A stretch of DNA of 64,000 nucleotides from positions 11,622,552 through 11,686,551 of the forward strand of contig CM082584.2 of assembly GCA_040954595.2 (NCBI GenBank), written 5' to 3'. Source of the DNA: Balanoglossus misakiensis. Its lineage: Eukaryota > Animalia > Hemichordata. The notes beneath the pieces were generated by a model, which was given only the letters and a program-made list of their open reading frames with translations, was not told where the DNA came from and did not search any database. The translations under genes and the position numbers were made by a program. This document shows, piece by piece, positions 13,401-26,246 of this stretch. Positions within the stretch are counted from its first letter, which is position 1; every line of letters starts with the position of its first letter.

Positions 13401-16389
13401 TATATAGCAAAAATACAGAGGTGCGATTTGCATATTGTATTTGGGGATTATGCATATTGCATGTTTGGTTTCCACTGGGCTTTAAAAATCACATGTCTTT
13501 CCATGGACGAATGCAAAAACCAAATAGTAGATATAACCTGTCGTTAGTAGATGGGTTCACTCAATACTCTTCCTGCCAATCTTCAAGAGACAAACCACGT
13601 GAAAAAAAAATTTAGACTAGATCATTTTGATGATGAAATTTGCATAGAGCCATTTTTAAAAAAGTACGGACTTTTCACACCTACGAAAGGAAGAAATATT
13701 TTGTACAAATTTAGAGATGTACTTAAAGAGACACACCAGCCCAATGTTCGTAGAAATCAGAAATGAAGGAAAACTGCTCTTCCGACACAAACCTCAGACC
13801 TGCCTGTTTATATGTATATCTATGGTCACAAGTCTTGTATATACAAAGAAATTTGCTTCTGTAAACTATAGTTTGGTATAAATTGTAGAAGTTGCAAGCT
13901 GTTGCCAGGGAAACCGAAACATTTGAAAGTTTTGGATTCCAATGCTTGTTGAAATTTAGATCTTAGAAAACACAGTAAGAGTCTAGTTGAGTATTCAGCT
14001 CCAAAGATGCTTCAAACCAAATAAGGCAAAAAAAATTTATGTTGTAGGAATTTGTCTGTTTTGTGATGTTTATGTAAAAATGCATGTTGAAAAGATTTTT
14101 CCGTGAGTTTATTCATTTAATTATTTATTCATTCATTCATTCCATCTATTTGACTCTTGCCATGTTAATGATAAAATTTAATATGTACCCATATTTTTAA
14201 GGCTGCATTTCAATTATTTAATTTCCATTAAAATATAAAGTGAACAGGTAGCCAGCTGAATTGTTTCTAGTAGGATTGTCCTTAAATATTACTTTGAACT
14301 ATAAACTTGAAGTAGCAACCAGCCAGGGAGTTAAGCAAGCAAGCTCGATCTTTTAATGGAGAAAGCACCCAATTGGGTTGTTTCTAAAGATTTAGCGAAA
14401 GAACCAAAAACTGAGAATTCTAAGTCGCATTCAGGCTGAGCAGATATGGAGGCTGAAGAGTTATATATAATGTGTAAAATTAATTCAGTTCAGTTTGTGT
14501 AGGAAGTCTATGATTCTGCCGTGATATGGATTGCTAATTTTTGGCCGTTCTGGGCTCAGCTGTGTGGTCGGCGCTCCCATCCATTTGGTAGGGTCTCCTG
14601 GGACTACAGATTCCGCTTGCTAATTCCGTAGTTTGTATTCCAACATGCTTTGCAAGAGAGAGCGGGGGAAAATATAGATTTATGATCCATTACGAGGCAA
14701 ATTGAAGCAATTGTACAAAATTTGCATAGCCAAGTATCTTCTTGATCACCCTGAAATGAGTGATTAACTGTACATGAAACGTTTGATAACTCGAAATTAA
14801 TAATTCTATACAAAGTACTGCTAATTTACTGACAAAATTCTACAAGAATTTGGTTACAATTTGGTACATGCAGATTCAGGAAATATCTGTATATAATGGA
14901 ATTAAATATAATGAAATTTCTGTTCTAACAAGATTGCAAGAGACAGTTGAAACAACTAGGATAGAGATAACTTATTTGACATGAAGCTTAAGTTAAACCA
15001 TTCTGAAAATAATATATTACCAATTTTCTCCTAAGATTTGTTAATTTATGGCATAGAATAGGTAAATTTGAAAACTTTGGTTCCACGAAAAAAGAAAAAA
15101 ATTCATCAAAACATTACTGATGAGTACAAAATCTAAGAATCAAGAGAGCTTACACTGCCACTTGTCCGACAAATTTTGGTTTCAAATCTGTAAGATTTAT
15201 ACTGCCACTGAATACAGGGGGAAGAATTGTATGGAATTTTAGTTTTTTTCTCAACTGAGAGTGTTGCTGCAATTACTTCCAGTGCGGAAGGGGGGTGGCT
15301 TACAAAGTCTTATAGACTTGCAATACAGATTTTACCTCACTGTGTTATCACTGGGGACAACTCTGGAACAAAAACTTAAAGATAGTTTATATAACCTTCA
15401 ACAAAAAAGCATCTAAGGTTTACATACATGTACTTAATCACCACAAAAGCATAATTTTGACTGAGGGAAAGGGCAAGTTTGGATGCGCAGACAGTGAGTT
15501 AATGTTGCACACCTCGGGAGCTAGGCAGGCAGGTAGGTAGGTAGAGCTTGCAGAGAGTGTTTGAAAGGAGATGATTTGAGAGAGGGGCAGACTGACGCAC
15601 AGCAGCTGAAAAGTTGGGTTAGATTTGCATAGGCAGTGGACAGGGTAGAGGAGATGATAGGTAGGTAGCTGAAATGCAGGTGCTAGAAAAATTGTAACCA
15701 TTTGGTCTTTGGTGTTCTCTGGAGTTCAAATTTTAAGAGGCTTTGGTTGGATGTCTTCAGGTTGCACCTGGAGAGTCGAGCTGAAGTCTGATTTTTTTTC
15801 CCAGTTTCTTGATGTTGAGAATTGGCAAAAAATAATTTGGACTGCAAAGATATTGAGGACTGCCTGGTGTCTCTGTGCAATATTTTTAGGAGCACAATTC
15901 CCAATTAAATGCAATGTAGGTTTCAATTGGGATCCCTAGTAAAGGGGCTGGTCCGTTGCTGTCTTGGTCAGATTAAAGAGAGAGAAAAACCTGTGGGTTT
16001 TTGAGGGAAGGGGGTTGGGGAGAATACAAAAACCTGTTTGCTACCCATGATGCCTTGCTGTTCAGACCACATTGCATGTTTGTTGTAATGCTATGGGACT
16101 TCACATTGGAAGGTTTTGTAAGAAAACCAAGGTGATAAAAACCTCCCAATTCATGAAAAACGAAAAACAATGCACGCAAGTTTCTTAAGACTACACTTTG
16201 CTGCTGGACTGAGTGATGGAAGAAATCTCCAATGCTTAGGCAGCAGGTGGCAATTGTACAAAAAAAATTACATGATCGAATGAGTCTGTTTCTCTGCACT
16301 TGGTTTTTTGCTAAATCTTCCCTGCACTACTGAGATAGTTCTTACCATTGCTCTCCTACATTTGTACTTTTTACATGTCAAAATACCTT

Positions 16390-16465
16390 AATAAAATACA
16401 TAAAAATGGAATTCTGCATTTTGCCTGTGTTCTGTCTACTTGCTTTATTTATTGTCTTGTCTGTC
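16390..16465 (+). terminator. Candidate distal polyadenylation site
   Basis: AATAAA at 16390-16395, an upstream TGTA (tttgtacttt), and a long downstream U/GU-rich element ttttgcctgtgttctgtctacttgctttatttattgtcttgtctgtc. Confidence 0.6.
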
Positions 16466-19400
16466 ATGGATGCACTTGAACAGGAAAGCACGGCATGTCA
16501 GAGAAAAAAAAATCTGTCTTTGATCACCGCTGCTGCTGATGGTCCCTCTGAAGGAAGTGATGCTGAACACACACAAAAAAATGGATGAATCATAAATGGT
16601 GTTTTGGGGGAAATTATGTAAAACGTGACATCCTGAATGTGTACGTGTCTGTGAAAGGAGGGAAAGCAATACTGACTGTGCTGGGGTGTTCCTACTGTGA
16701 GAAGTGCAGAGGACAAGTCGCATCCAGGGAAAATACCGTGCTATGATGTGACATTACAACGCAGTTCTTACCTTAATGGGCTTCTTTATTTGCAAATACG
16801 CTTAATTGTTCACCATGGCAACATGTCTGAAAGGAGAAATTTGTGCTGAACAGACTGGCGTACAATGTGTTTAACAGTTTCAATGACACCCAAATTGGCT
16901 GGGGAATAGACATAATGCATCAAATGCATAGTCAATAGACAGAAACTGCTCAAAGGGAATAAACAAAGAAATTCTCTTCAGATTTCATACTCTTGTTGTT
17001 CCATTATATTAATGGCTATAAATATCTTCAATGTACAATAAGCAAGATAAAAATATTTGAATATGGTACATATAAAGATATTTCTAATTTAGTTTGCTCC
17101 AATTTTTTTTCTCCAAATATATATAGGTTCAAAATGCCTGAATATGAATTCTTGATTTTCAAATTAAGAGAAGAAAAAGATGAACTTTATAGAGATATGT
17201 GCCACTGGGTCCACACAGCAGTACAATGTATTGTCAGTCGTGTTGAAAAGTTCTTCGCCAGTAAAAGGTCATCAGCCCTGGTTGACAGTCACAACAAAGA
17301 TCATTGAAGGTAGAGCGATGGTGAAAAATGTCTGTGTGTAACCCTATTGACTGGGTCTACATTCGCGTGAAAGGCAAGGGTTGGTCTTCTTTTGTGGGTC
17401 TCCATTTTGTCCTTTTCTTTATTTCTTTTGAAGACTGCCTTTTCCAGTCTGATGCACACAAGTTTCTATACACACGACTGTCCCGTGAACCAGCAATAAG
17501 ACCAGAGTGTGTGTGTGTGTGTAGATGTTTACTTCGTAAGTGGGCGATTTGGATGAAGTGAAACTTGAATACACCAAATTGGCAAAATATCTTAAAAAAT
17601 TAACCCTCTTATGTTCTACTATGGATCCAGAAAATTTTCACGGAGAATTGTCTTTCAGATAAATTAGACAACCAGTGGATTCTGGAGGAAAGAAAAATAC
17701 TATTGTTGGCTTGAATAGAAATTGGCAATTATTGCAATAATGAATGCATGCCATCAATGTGTGCAGTATGGCTTGCCAATTAATGGTTTGATCAATTATG
17801 GAATAATTGGAACACAAAGGTGTGAAAAACGTGACTGAGCAAGCCAGCCATGGCTATAATGTCCTTCACACAGCAGCTGTTCTGCTTTGAATTTGACAAA
17901 TGAACACAACTTCGGTGCTGTGTCAGAACGGAAACATTCCAGCTACAGTGACCATGTGATAGATGAACAGCACATGTATGACACTGCCATCAGATTTATG
18001 CATACCGAAGATGAGAAATTTCTCTCTCAAAGTTCTGTCATTCTCTGAGACTTTGCTATCTACAATATTTAGTCTCCAGCAGCCAATGCAGTGAACTTTT
18101 ACAGCTGTTTGAACCTATCTATTTCCAACAGAGTTTGGAACAGCAATAAGGGGAAAAAAGAGACCAAAAGTGACTCTATTTAAGAACTTGAATTGCTGCA
18201 ATTTAAAACAGGGTAGAACCATCCATATTGCATTGGCATTGCTTAGAACATTTGACAACTAAATATTGACAGGATCAGTCCACAAGTGAGCAGCATCAGA
18301 AACTGACAAGCAAATATTACACTGAAATTACTTGTACATCAGCACCGGGCAAGTTCATTACACTCCCTTTAATCGTTTCCTTGGTTGCCGTGACAACATA
18401 ACAACTGCCACCTTGATAGCATTATAAGCCTCATGAATTTGAATTGTAAGATTGAAACCAGCGAAATTGCTTTCCTTTACTTTTCAAAATAGTTTCACCA
18501 AGAAAATTGTTCCATAATACTCCACCGACTATTTCAGGAGAGATTAATTTCTTCTTTTCTCATTTCTCGGTATTCTGAGAAGGTAGCAGTGTGGGCAGTT
18601 GCACTCTCAACTAAAAAATTCTTGTTCTTCAGTTTGTTCAAAATATTTAACTTTCACCAAATTAATCAACAGATTACACAACATTTTAATAAATGAGTTA
18701 AACAAGTTTTGTCAAAGCAATGAATTATTTACAATGTTGTAATTAGTGTCTGCGATGATCAATTCTTGATTTTAGACAGATTTCAATCACTGAAGCAGAA
18801 TTTTAGGGAACAAAGAATGCATCCGTCACCTATATTGCCGACAGAGTTGTAACTATGACGCTTCCTGCAAACTGCATATGAGATTGAAAGCATTATGAAG
18901 TGGCTGTATGCACGAGAGGAAATTGGACAAAAAAGATTCAGAGAACAGAGAGGAAGTACAATGGCATGATGGGATTCATCAGATAACCTTGGTGTTCATT
19001 GTGACCTAAAGGTGATTGATACATCAATATGTCATGTCACTGTCCAATTTACTTAGCTTTGCCCTTTCCCCGCAAAACTAGCGGTTCCATTGTGTGAAAT
19101 GGTTTAATACCTGGAAAAGCTGTGTTTCTTGCATTTACGTTTTAATAGGAAAGAAGCAGTGTTTTCAGTTTGAACACTTTCAAACACATTTTCTTAACAT
19201 CATTACTTAAAAAATAAAACTTTTTTCTTTGCCTGAGAGTATTTTTTCAAAGATAAAAATTTCAGACCTGCATAGAATCCACCAATGATTTTCCAAGGCA
19301 AGATTCCAAAACCAGACCACTGAATGTTTGATTCACCGACTATGTTTTGTCATCAGTGGATTGGCCTAAGACTTCAAATTGAAAGCAAAGACTTTGCAAA

Positions 19401-21879
19401 GAAAATGATGTAATTGAATGAAACAAGGAGCAGATGCCTGAACAGTGTTCAAAGTCCTTTACATGCATGCTTTCACTTCATATTAACCAAGAGAAAAAAA
19501 ATTGTGCAATTTTCTGCGATGCCCAGTGAACAAATTGAAACTAAAGAAAAGTAATCAGTTATTCCGTGGAGCTTGCAGGAGGAACATGTTCTTTTCCACC
19601 CGAGTTTCCCGATTTTCCTCCTCAGACGGCAATCCTTGCGTGTTTTCCTGCCTTTTTCTTTCTCCCCAAAATTGATTAATGGGTGGAGTGAATTGAAGCA
19701 ATCTCGGTCGTAATTTAGCCAGGTAATCACACAGCACTTAGAGCGCTGACTTGCTTAAAAAAAAGGGGGGAACAAAATTACTGCAAGCTCATGCTGTGTC
19801 GTGTGACCGGTTTCCCGGTTAATGCGGCTCGTGGCTTGCACTGCGTACGACAGTCATTTTGTTGGTCGTACAAGGCTACTTCTTTCACACGGGGGATACC
19901 AGACTGCCCTTCAAACTTAACATCCTTAGAACTGATGGCAGATCAGAAAAAAAAGTAATTACAAAATTTTTCACAACTTCCAAGGCAAAAAACAGGAAAA
20001 ACACTGCAAGAATGCCCATACAGTTTCAATCAACCTACAAAAATAGAAGTATATAGATGTCACACGGTTAAAATGTTGACAAGGTCACTGCAAGTCTCTG
20101 TGGTGATACCCGCATTCTCCTTCTCTCTCTGGACTCCTCTTACAGCGAAAAATCCTTCGTATAAAAAAGCGATATTAATGTAGTTAATATCTGATTTGAT
20201 TGTGAAATGTCTATCCCTGATGAGTAACGCCATTAAGATGGCAATAGTCTTTGTTTAGGATCTGGATTTAGTGGTGAGTACAAGAGCTCTCCATTGCATT
20301 CACGAGGTGTTCTTTTGATACAACAGAATAAAGGCAAAACCACTTGGAGTCCCACTGCTTCTCTGAAAGCCTACCCCAGCTGCATATCACCTAGACAACC
20401 TAGTACTTGTGGCTAGATCACAATTCACGTACATTATTTCAAACTTTTCTCTCTTTCTCTCTCTTTTGAGAGCTACTGAGGAAAACTACTTAATGCCAAC
20501 TTTGTAAACTAAACTGCCAAGATTTTCAATTGGAGCTATATTGAAAAGGCTGTGACACTTCCAACACATTAAAATATTGCATTTCATAAATTTTCTTTCC
20601 ACAAGTCTCTGTTTGACTTCACAGACCATAAAAAAGAGATTTTCCATTAAGGTCCATTTATTTTCACAGAGTTGTATAATCCAATGTTTATTACCAAGGA
20701 TTTTTTTGAGTACATTTTATACCCCCTTTAAAGTTACAGTTGCCATTTCTCATTGGTTGAGTACTTTCTTGAAGTGCACACATTATCATCCAATCAAATT
20801 TAAGAATTGTTAATCAGCCTGTGTGCATAAATGTTGCCATGATTGGTGTCAACCAATCAAATTCTTCGAACCTATCATAGGATCCAGCTCTCAACGAATA
20901 GGCCACTACACCAGTCTCAGTTGACCAGTCAGAGTGCAGAAATGTCCGCTTGCTTACACTCGTGTGTATTCGGAGGGAGAAAACTTTCACATCACACAGT
21001 ATTTAATTATTGAGGTGGCAAGACAAATGGCTATAGTGGCCCATTCTGCGTACAATTTGTGAAATTTCAGCTGTGCATTATTCAGAAAGCCCCTCGTAAA
21101 TCAGAGTGCATGTATGAAGATTTGTGTGCAATTGCATTTGCAAGTCAAGCAGAAACGCATTAAATGAAAGTCCAAGTTATCTGATATTCCGAGTGTCACA
21201 AACGCACAACAACTGACGCAAATTGAAGCAGGGGCTAGCACTGCTTCCAGCCTCAGCCAATAATTTTCCATTGTGCCCAGATTAATGAAATGATTGCACA
21301 TACAGAGAAACGCGGCATGTTGCCCGTTTGCACAGTTCCGAATTCAACCGCCAAATATGCGTAAAATGCCTGAATAATTAAACTCAAATAGTAAATTTGT
21401 CCCACTGATGAAATTAGATTTAATAATGCCTCCAGTGATTCTCGTCAGAGAGGAATTCCTCGTAATGTAGGTATTTTAATGCCTTTTTGAATAATTTACC
21501 GCTGCGGTACATCGCTAATGGAGACCACAGCAATTAGCATAACGTCAAGTTCAGCCTTGAATATCCCTTGAATATCCAGGGAGATTTATACAGACATGAA
21601 ATCTGTAAACTCTAATTGTACTACATATCATTTCTGCACAAGTTTATGTTAATTTTATCCCATTGTTTTGATTCCTGATAATTGATGAGGCAAATCTCCA
21701 CTTTACTGCTTTGGTTTCTCCTTAGCATCATCTTCTCATATAGTTATATAAAACCAACAAAATAAATTTTAAAAATGCTAAATTTGATAGAGTTGTCAAA
21801 AAATGACAGTTTCATGTTCTGGATAGTGGAATATGCTTATGGCTAGTAATAGTGATGCAGACAGAAAGTGCACCATGCA

Positions 21880-22503
21880 TTAAAGGGACAATGAGTAGTG
21901 ACTTTGAAGTACTTTTTTTCACATACAGAATATTCATAATTGATATGAAAATGAAGATTTTGAATAACCCTCAATAAACGAGAAAGAAAATACACCATTC
22001 TCAGGTGCAATTCCTTCAGAAGTAAAAAATAATTATCAATTTCTCTTCAACATAAATAACACCTCCTTTTCCTCTTGATTGCGCAAGATGGATTAACTCA
22101 GTCGACGTACAAGTTCTGACACTGGAAAAAGCAATTCATAGATTGGTGTCAGCGAGATCAAGGCTTAGTACCTTAAATCTACATCCGTGACATCATCATG
22201 GACATCGCCCTGTGGCTATGTCGCTGTGACAACCAGCCACACAGCAGAGCTTTAATTTCCAAGACAGAGAAAGTTGTGGAGTTGGTATGATGGTCGACTC
22301 TCACTGTATATGTGCTTGACTTTGTGTGTAGATCGCCTTCTCTCATACAGTGTACACATACATTGACTATAACTGCGTATGAGTACTTATGAAACAACAT
22401 TATATTTAAAGACATGTTCATTGTAATGAATGGCATAAAAAACTAAAGACGCCAATTGGCACCTCAGGCAAAATATTTCAGATAATCTTCCCTGTACCCT
22501 TCA
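21880..22503. mobile_element. Possible decayed TTAA-flanked non-autonomous DNA transposon
   Basis: Left end TTAAAGGGACA (21880-21890) with only an imperfect inverted match TGTACCCTTCA (22493-22503). No coding remnant. Confidence 0.25.
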
Positions 22504-23246
22504 TTCTTCCATATAATTACTATTTGATATTTTAATTTTTGATGGGTTACTTATTTATGTCTGGCAGTCGGTCAACTTTGTTAGTTTTTGTTTTGTTCCC
22601 TAGGAAATTATGATGAGATAATAATCTCTGATGTCTTGTAAAACAGCAATTTTCTTGACAATAACTCGAGGGCATTAATCAGAAAAATCTCTCCATAGAC
22701 TTCTCTCATATCTGCTATTTGTCACTGTCTTTCTGAATCTTCCTTCATTGTTATTTCCGTAATGTCATATTTTGTTTGTTTATTGAAATTCTGGCAGACT
22801 CTTTCTCAGCTGTAGGGCCTCTGTTAGTCGGTTAGCAGTCTTGTGATCCCTAAATGAAATTGAACCAATCATTTGAAGTCCCCAATTCTTTCCTTATCAA
22901 AACATCTTGAACCCGCCAAACCTCAAAAGACAAACCGACCCGAGATGCCCCTCCCCCGCAGTTTATTACCAGAACCCTGTAAAATACCAGCACTTCTCCA
23001 AAACCATCAAATCTTCACGAACTCCCTCAGATTCTCATATACATTGGACATTTTCCCGATAAAGGGGCCCGTCACATATAGGCTTTCCTCCACTTAGTCA
23101 GGTCTCCCGTTGAAGACAAAAACACTCCAATCTCCGCAGGGCTTATTAGTTTCACCATGTCACAAGCAACGTGAAGTACATGCATTGTAACGTTTGACAC
23201 GGGCTCTTTGTCGCTGTGTGGAAACCATCTTGGCAGACTCCTTCAG

Positions 23247-23268
23247 ATCTCTCTCTCTCTCTCTCTCT
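23247..23268 (+). repeat. (CT)n microsatellite
   Basis: Read directly from the sequence. Confidence 0.9.
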
Positions 23269-26232
23269 CGACCCTTCTTTCCACAGCAATTAATAGACCG
23301 GCAGATGCACTGTTCTCCACTCAATCCAGCCCATTATTCAACTCCCTCACAGTTTTGTCATAAATCTTGCAGTTTCAGACGTTTTCCAATCTGCGGTGAA
23401 TTCAGACATCCAATTTATTATAAAAGGGACTGAGTCTTGCCTATCAGGTTCATTACCCAGAAAAACACAGCATTTGACTGTATTCGCACGGAATGGGTTT
23501 AAGTCACCATTGTATTGTTGACTGGAAAAAAAATCTGATCCTAACAGACTATAGTAATTATGATCACACCCGTCAGACTAAGAGTCCGAAGACATTTTAT
23601 TTATTTATTTTAATACTTGTAAAATGCCACCACAGAGAATGGATCAAAATATTCTGAGTAGCAAGATATTGATGACACACAAGCAGTCTAAGAAGCAAAG
23701 CAGTTAAACTCGGGAATATAACTACTCCTTGAGGATTGAAGACAGACACTAAAATATTCAAATATGCAAATTGAAATGGATCATCAATTCCCAGACTTGA
23801 CAGCGAAGTTAAAAAAAAATTGGCAGTGGTCTCAAGGTGTCTGAGCTTACAACTGACACACATTTGCACAACAGAAAACCATTGCTCTTCTAGTCCAACC
23901 GAATGATGCTTGCGACTTCTTCCCAATAAAACTCCTAAATTAGTCAATTTCAGTCCACAATACGTGGGGTTAAGAATGTGAATAGCGACATGACCTGCAT
24001 GTGTGATGAGACCGGGCGCGCATTGAAATCGCTATTTTGCAGTAGAGTGTCACACTACAAAATCTTAATATGATGTCCAACTATGCAATGCATACTAATT
24101 AGCTCTTTTAAATCCTCCTTCTGTGGCGCGATGCACGGAAATCACATTTGTCAAGACAACTATTTTTCAGCCAATGTCGTGTGCCCATTCTCATTTGGTG
24201 TCGAAATTCCCATTGGGAGAGTTAATACTGGATGTAAGTTTATCAGACTTTGTTCATGCTTTTTTTTTGGCTCTGATAAATCACGCGATGAATTTCAGGG
24301 AATTTATGGTGGCTCCCTGGGGATCAATTTTCTCAGCTATTGTCACATAATTTCAAAAGTTACATAACGTGTATTGATTTGGCATTTGAGTGTTAGTTAT
24401 GACCAACCACATAAAAGGAGAGCTCCCCCTCCTCAGCCCCCCTGGGTGCCAAAATTGCTCATCAAATCTCTGGTGTACTTTGCAAATTTTGATTACCATG
24501 TATGGGGGGGGGGAGGCAGAATTCCTTATCAGATAGTAATACTACTAGGATATGAATTTAGCGAGGAAATTGCTGGATAAAAAAACAGACAGAAAGAGTA
24601 TCCTAGAAGTAATATCACCACGTTTTAATTCCAATCAATCCTGTAAAAGCACACCAACAATGGAAACTCTTTCAAGATTAAAATGAATTCTGGGACTCCA
24701 GCGACAATTAACGTGCAACACAAAGTACCAGATGAAATAATCTTAATTGAAATTTCAAGATGACTACCAGTGACTATTCTCACAATATTGGTAAAAAAAA
24801 TTACACTTCATAACATTCTAATATCAGAAAATACAAAAGTTGGGTAAAATTGAATTTTTTGACATTACACTGGTTCATGTTATTACATATTTTTTCAAGA
24901 GTTACTTACCATGGAAAATGAAATGATGAAAAGAAGTTAGACGGTAAATAATGAGGGAGTTTCTTTGATATGGATGACTGGCATTTGTAACGATGCAATC
25001 ATCTATTCTGGTGGTTGGTGTAATTGGGTTTTGGAAATATGAAATTCATACTTTATACAGTCAAGAGGTATGAACATTTTGCTGGCATCTTGGCAGATAT
25101 GGCAATTACTAGACAGACTGAAATAAAACACAAAATGCAAGAAGTAGGCTGTAAGTTTGAGTAGGTTCATTTTTTTCTTCTGAAAATTATTTTTACAACA
25201 ATGGAAATGAATATGATTCAAACACTGAAATTTTTGGGAAATTACAAGAAAGTAATAATTAATAAAATTCAAGGAAATTTTTTTTAAAATTCTACATAAA
25301 CCTGAGCATGTACACTAAATTAAAATTATCCAAGCCACCCATCCCTCCATATATTTACTGTCTTGACTGCTTAACGGCCTTCAAGTTCATGGTAAACCAC
25401 AAAAACGACGGTCATCAATCTACTTTTTAAGTAATTAGTTGAATTTCACAGCCTGTAATCAGCCATGGGGAAATTAACTGAACAGCGGACACCAAAGGAA
25501 ATGTCAGTGGCTTTTGAAAGCCAATCAAGATGTCTGGGAGGTGAAAAAAAGACAATAGCCAGACAAAGAAAATAATTCACTGGAGGAAAGAAAAAGGAAG
25601 TGTGTGAGGAAACAGCTGCATAAAACTGGATAATAGATGAGGAGGGGAAAGCGGGAGTTAATTAGTTGTTGAGTAAACTTCAATGTTTACATAACAAACT
25701 GTGATTAAACGACTAATGAGAAATGACAAGTGCATTGTAAGTGAGCTGGGTTCAATGTCGGGGATCGCGGGTCACGTGATCTCAAATGTCATTGCAAGCA
25801 CTTAATTGTCATGTCAGTAGTCTGTGGCAGAGTGTGTTTAGATTACCCAGTGCCAAGTGATAATGGCTGTTCTGTTTTGTTTCTAGAACACCAATGTTAG
25901 ACATAAATATAGGCAGACTTGTACTAGTCAGTAATAAAGCAGTTCTGGGTTATTTAAAGTTATGAAATGTGAGACCAGTTTCATTCTAGACTTGATCATG
26001 TTTCTGAGACATTTTGTTTTTGTTCTGAAACATCCCTAAAAGGATTACACTGAAATAGTCCAACTATATAATTTGTTTGTGAGCAATTTTGAACAAAAAA
26101 ATGCTCCTTTCAGTTGAATAGAAGGATAATTACTGTCATTAGTGTCTGCTGAAATCAATTTCATCTTTTTCTTACCTTTTTCATAACAATCATGTGAAAT
26201 TTCTCTAAAATACCCTTTTCCTAAATTCATAT

Positions 26233-26246
26233 GTTGCCATGGCAAT
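26233..26246. promoter_or_regulatory. RFX X-box-like palindrome
   Basis: GTTGCCATGGCAAT. Confidence 0.5.

Larger units (their letters stand above)
12168..16420 (+). other. Probable long AU/U-rich 3'UTR of the ELAV gene
   Basis: U-rich non-coding sequence after the stop codon, ending at the best-context poly(A) signal (16390). The end point is inferred. Confidence 0.6.
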
